Shown here: piece by piece, positions 61,501 to 64,000 of the stretch
Layout of the letters: each line of letters starts with the position of its first letter
Numbering within the stretch: the first letter of the stretch is position 1
NCBI GenBank assembly: GCA_905178155.1
Contig: CAJINV010000005.1
Location: forward strand, 4,873,369-4,937,368
Source: Amoebophrya sp. A120
Lineage: Eukaryota > Protista > Dinoflagellata
Length of the DNA stretch: 64,000 bases
Reading direction: 5' to 3'
Notes under the pieces: generated by a model
The model's input: only the letters and a program-made list of their open reading frames with translations
The model's database searches: none
Told to the model about the DNA's origin: nothing
Made by a program: the position numbers and the translations under genes

Positions 61501-64000
61501 GTAAACCACGGTCCGCTCTTTTCTGACGCGCTGGGGGGTGGCCAGTGGATGTGGCGCTGCAATACAAATCCGCCGGACAATTGCCAGACCTACGATACCG
61601 GGGGCGTTTTGGGTAATTCTTTCTCGGATCCCAACACGTGGGGCAATCTGATCACCATGCCCGGCATGTACGACGCGGGGAAAGGGGAGGCCAACTGCTG
61701 CAACAAAGGGTACAGCTGGGCCTGGTACGGAAAAACTGTCCGTGGTACCGGCCCGGTGATGAAGCTTATCAAATGTAAAAATGTCTGGGTCTGGAAGAAT
61801 GCAAGTTTGTCATGCTTGTCTGGGATGACTCTTAAATCTGTCATGCACATTACCAAAGAGCCCCACTTTTCTGTCATGCAGAAACGCAGTTTGTCATGCA
61901 GAATAGACAAGAACACCTAGAAGCTCAGAAACTTGTCATGCTGAGCCAGCAAATGTGGCCTCCTCATGATACGCCACACCGCATCACAAGTTTGCAGACC
62001 CAGACATTTTTACATTTGATGAAGCTGTCCGTGGTATCAAACGCGGATAAGGAGCTGGACTTCTTGACGAATTATTTGTTACTGCAGAAACAAGGCAGGG
62101 AGTACTTTCGGGACTTCATTTTAGATAAGAACAAGAACAGCTACAGTCTGTCCACCTGGTTCGACAGCACGGGATTAACAGCCGCGTCGTTGCCACTCGC
62201 GCCAGCGGGGAAGCGAAGGAGGTACGTGGAAACGGAGATCACTCTGACGGTTACCGACAAGCCGTCCGCCGCCTCGGCCTACACAGAGGTGTTGACCGCA
62301 AGCGGCCAAAAGGGGTTGTGCGCCCAGAGCACAATAACGAACGGGAATCCGACCCACCTTCCGGACGTGCGGGGCTGGATCGACAACGACCCGTCCCCCC
62401 ACGCGCGTTTGACGTGTCAGGCGTTGTGCGACAAGATACCGCAGTGCGTCGGAACCGGGTCGTCCATCTTCAACCAAAATCCCGACGGAAAGGACGCTAA
62501 TGATCGAACCTTTTGCGAGCTGGATCTTGGCAGTTTCGTCGGGTTGGATATCAGCGTGTTGCCTTCCCAGTTTTACATGAACTGGAGCGGCTACCCCCAG
62601 GACAGCACGGACACTTGGGAGCTCGGCACGGTGCACACCGGGTACCCAAACGGAGAGTGCTGGAGGAAGGAGGCGGGCGTTCAGAGCTCCTTCACTTTCG
62701 ACAGTACTGTTGCTGGTGGTAGTATGAAAAGGTCGATCGTGCCCGGGTTGCAGGCGACATTCGCAACGGCGTTTGGCGCGAAGATCCCCGTCTTACCCGA
62801 GGACGTGATTGTCATCCCCCAAGAGGCGGAGAAAAACTACCTGACCGCGGGAGCGCACAAGGTCACCGTGGTGTTGCCCATCGACCTGGACGCGGACGAT
62901 GCAACCCTGCAGAAAAAGATCAAGGAAGAGTACGCGGGGTCGGAGGAGAAGTACATTGAGCAGGAGATTTTGGGGCTTTTCAAAGTCGACGACGACGACG
63001 CATTACCCACCGCGCCTGGCTACACCGAAGTGTTCAGCAGCGACGGCAAAAAGGGGTTGTGCGCCCAGAGCACAATAACGAACGGGAATCCGACCCACCT
63101 TCCGGACGTGCGGGGCTGGATCGACAACGACCCGTCCCCCCACGCGCGCGACACGTGCCAGGCGTTGTGCAACAAGATACCGCAGTGCGTCGGAACCGGG
63201 TCGTACATCTTCAACCAAAATCCCGATGGGAAGGATAACAATGATCGCACGTTTTGCGAGCTGGACCTTGGCAGTTTCGTCGGGTTGGATATCAGCGTGT
63301 TGCCTTCCCAGTTTTACATGAACTGGAGCGGCTACCCTCAGGACAGCACGGACACTTGGGAGCTCGGCACGGTGCACACCGGGTACACAACTGGAGAGTG
63401 CTGGAGGAAGGTGATGGGATACCAATATACAGCGTCGTTTACGGCGCTCGGTATCTCTGGCATGAAGCTCTCCAAGAGGCTCACACTGGTGGAGGGAAGG
63501 TACGGAGACAGTGCAAGTGGGTCATCTATTTCCTCAGTCGACTACGACGCCGAAGCAAAATTGGGATCCATCGTGTCATATGAAATGCAAAAGCATCGTA
63601 CTAGTATAAATCGCATGACAAATTTCTTCAGCATGAGACATAAAATTTGTCATGCGGATTTCGCTTGAGAAAGAAATTTGTAATGCATCGATTACTACGA
63701 GTGCGATACTTTTGCACAGGATGCGTCCAAATCCGATTTCACCACAGCTAGCTACGTCGTGCCGGCGTTTCCCCTATCAAATGTAAAAATGTCTGGGTCT
63801 GGAAGAATGCGCGATTTGTCATGCAGCTTTTTCATGACCCTTGAGGTCTGTAATGCAGGACCTAACATGACAGATTCTGTGCACTCTCTCTCATGCCTAT
63901 CCTGCATGAGAAACTCCCTCCCGACTTGGCCAAAACTGGACGACTTTTGGTAATCATGCAACACAGATTTTTGTATGCTTCAGATTTAGCATCACAAGTT
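58589..64000 (+). CDS. Large predicted secreted/surface protein with a duplicated Cys-containing (PAN/apple-like) module; incomplete at the window end
   Basis: Hydrophobic LSLLITVVFLFAATSFS after the ATG at 58721 (in-frame upstream ATG at 58589); 8 introners; TCQALCDKIPQCVG-type module occurs twice. Confidence 0.75.
58856..59108. mobile_element. Introner family G (opposite orientation to the 52259 copy)
   Basis: TIRs; 253 bp; TSD TCGGC. Confidence 0.95.
59405..59659. mobile_element. Introner family A
   Basis: TIRs; TSD CGAGA. Confidence 0.93.
59719..59994. mobile_element. Introner family B
   Basis: TIRs; TSD ACAAC. Confidence 0.93.
60250..60522. mobile_element. Introner family A
   Basis: TIRs; TSD TGCCG. 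Confidence 0.93.
60599..60853. mobile_element. Introner family A
   Basis: TIRs; TSD CGGTT/CAGTT. Confidence 0.92.
61767..62021. mobile_element. Introner family A
   Basis: TIRs (right end GATG); TSD AAGCT. Confidence 0.93.
62308..63411 (+). repeat. Near-identical ~360-bp intragenic duplication (offset 741 bp)
   Basis: 62308-62670 versus 63049-63411. Confidence 0.95.
63579..63723. mobile_element. Introner family C
   Basis: TIRs; TSD TGTCA/CGTCC. Confidence 0.9.
63775..64000. mobile_element. Introner family A, cut by the window end
   Basis: Left TIR TATCAAATGTAAAAATGTCTGGGTCTGG. Confidence 0.9.

Noticed and set aside
1-64000. Autonomous transposase or reverse transcriptase for the introners
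   Set aside because: No ORF with recognisable DDE, RT or tyrosine-recombinase motifs; the long element at 23759-25044 has no convincing ORF.

Overview
Eukaryotic, gene-dense protist DNA, most consistent with an Amoebophrya-like syndinian/dinoflagellate (inference from intron style). Eight multi-exon genes can be reconstructed by hand: a Gly/Ala/Pro-rich protein, CCDC103/DNAAF19, a large coiled-coil protein, an MFSD1-like transporter, a Kelch plus Cys-repeat membrane protein, a PKD2-like channel, a secreted protein and SNU13. A ninth, secreted protein runs off the right end. The dominant feature is about 65 short (129-331 bp) MITE-like introner elements in roughly 9 families, about a quarter of the window. 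Nearly all have TAT...ATA termini, terminal inverted repeats (TIRs) and a 5-bp target-site duplication (TSD), and nearly all interrupt coding exons. At the junctions I traced, deleting the element plus 5 nt restored the reading frame without GT-AG boundaries (one exception at 9147). Inverted/direct-repeat introners are already known from Amoebophrya. Details that may be less well described: a helically phased GCATGACA-type motif shared by all families, bipartite termini, orientation-independent removal, a double fold-back footprint at a 5-bp duplication, a 1.3-kb introner carrying a nested poly(T) insert, and an in-frame route to canonical GT-AG introns. No transposase, rRNA, tRNA or CRISPR array is visible. 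Exon boundaries are manual and lack transcript evidence.
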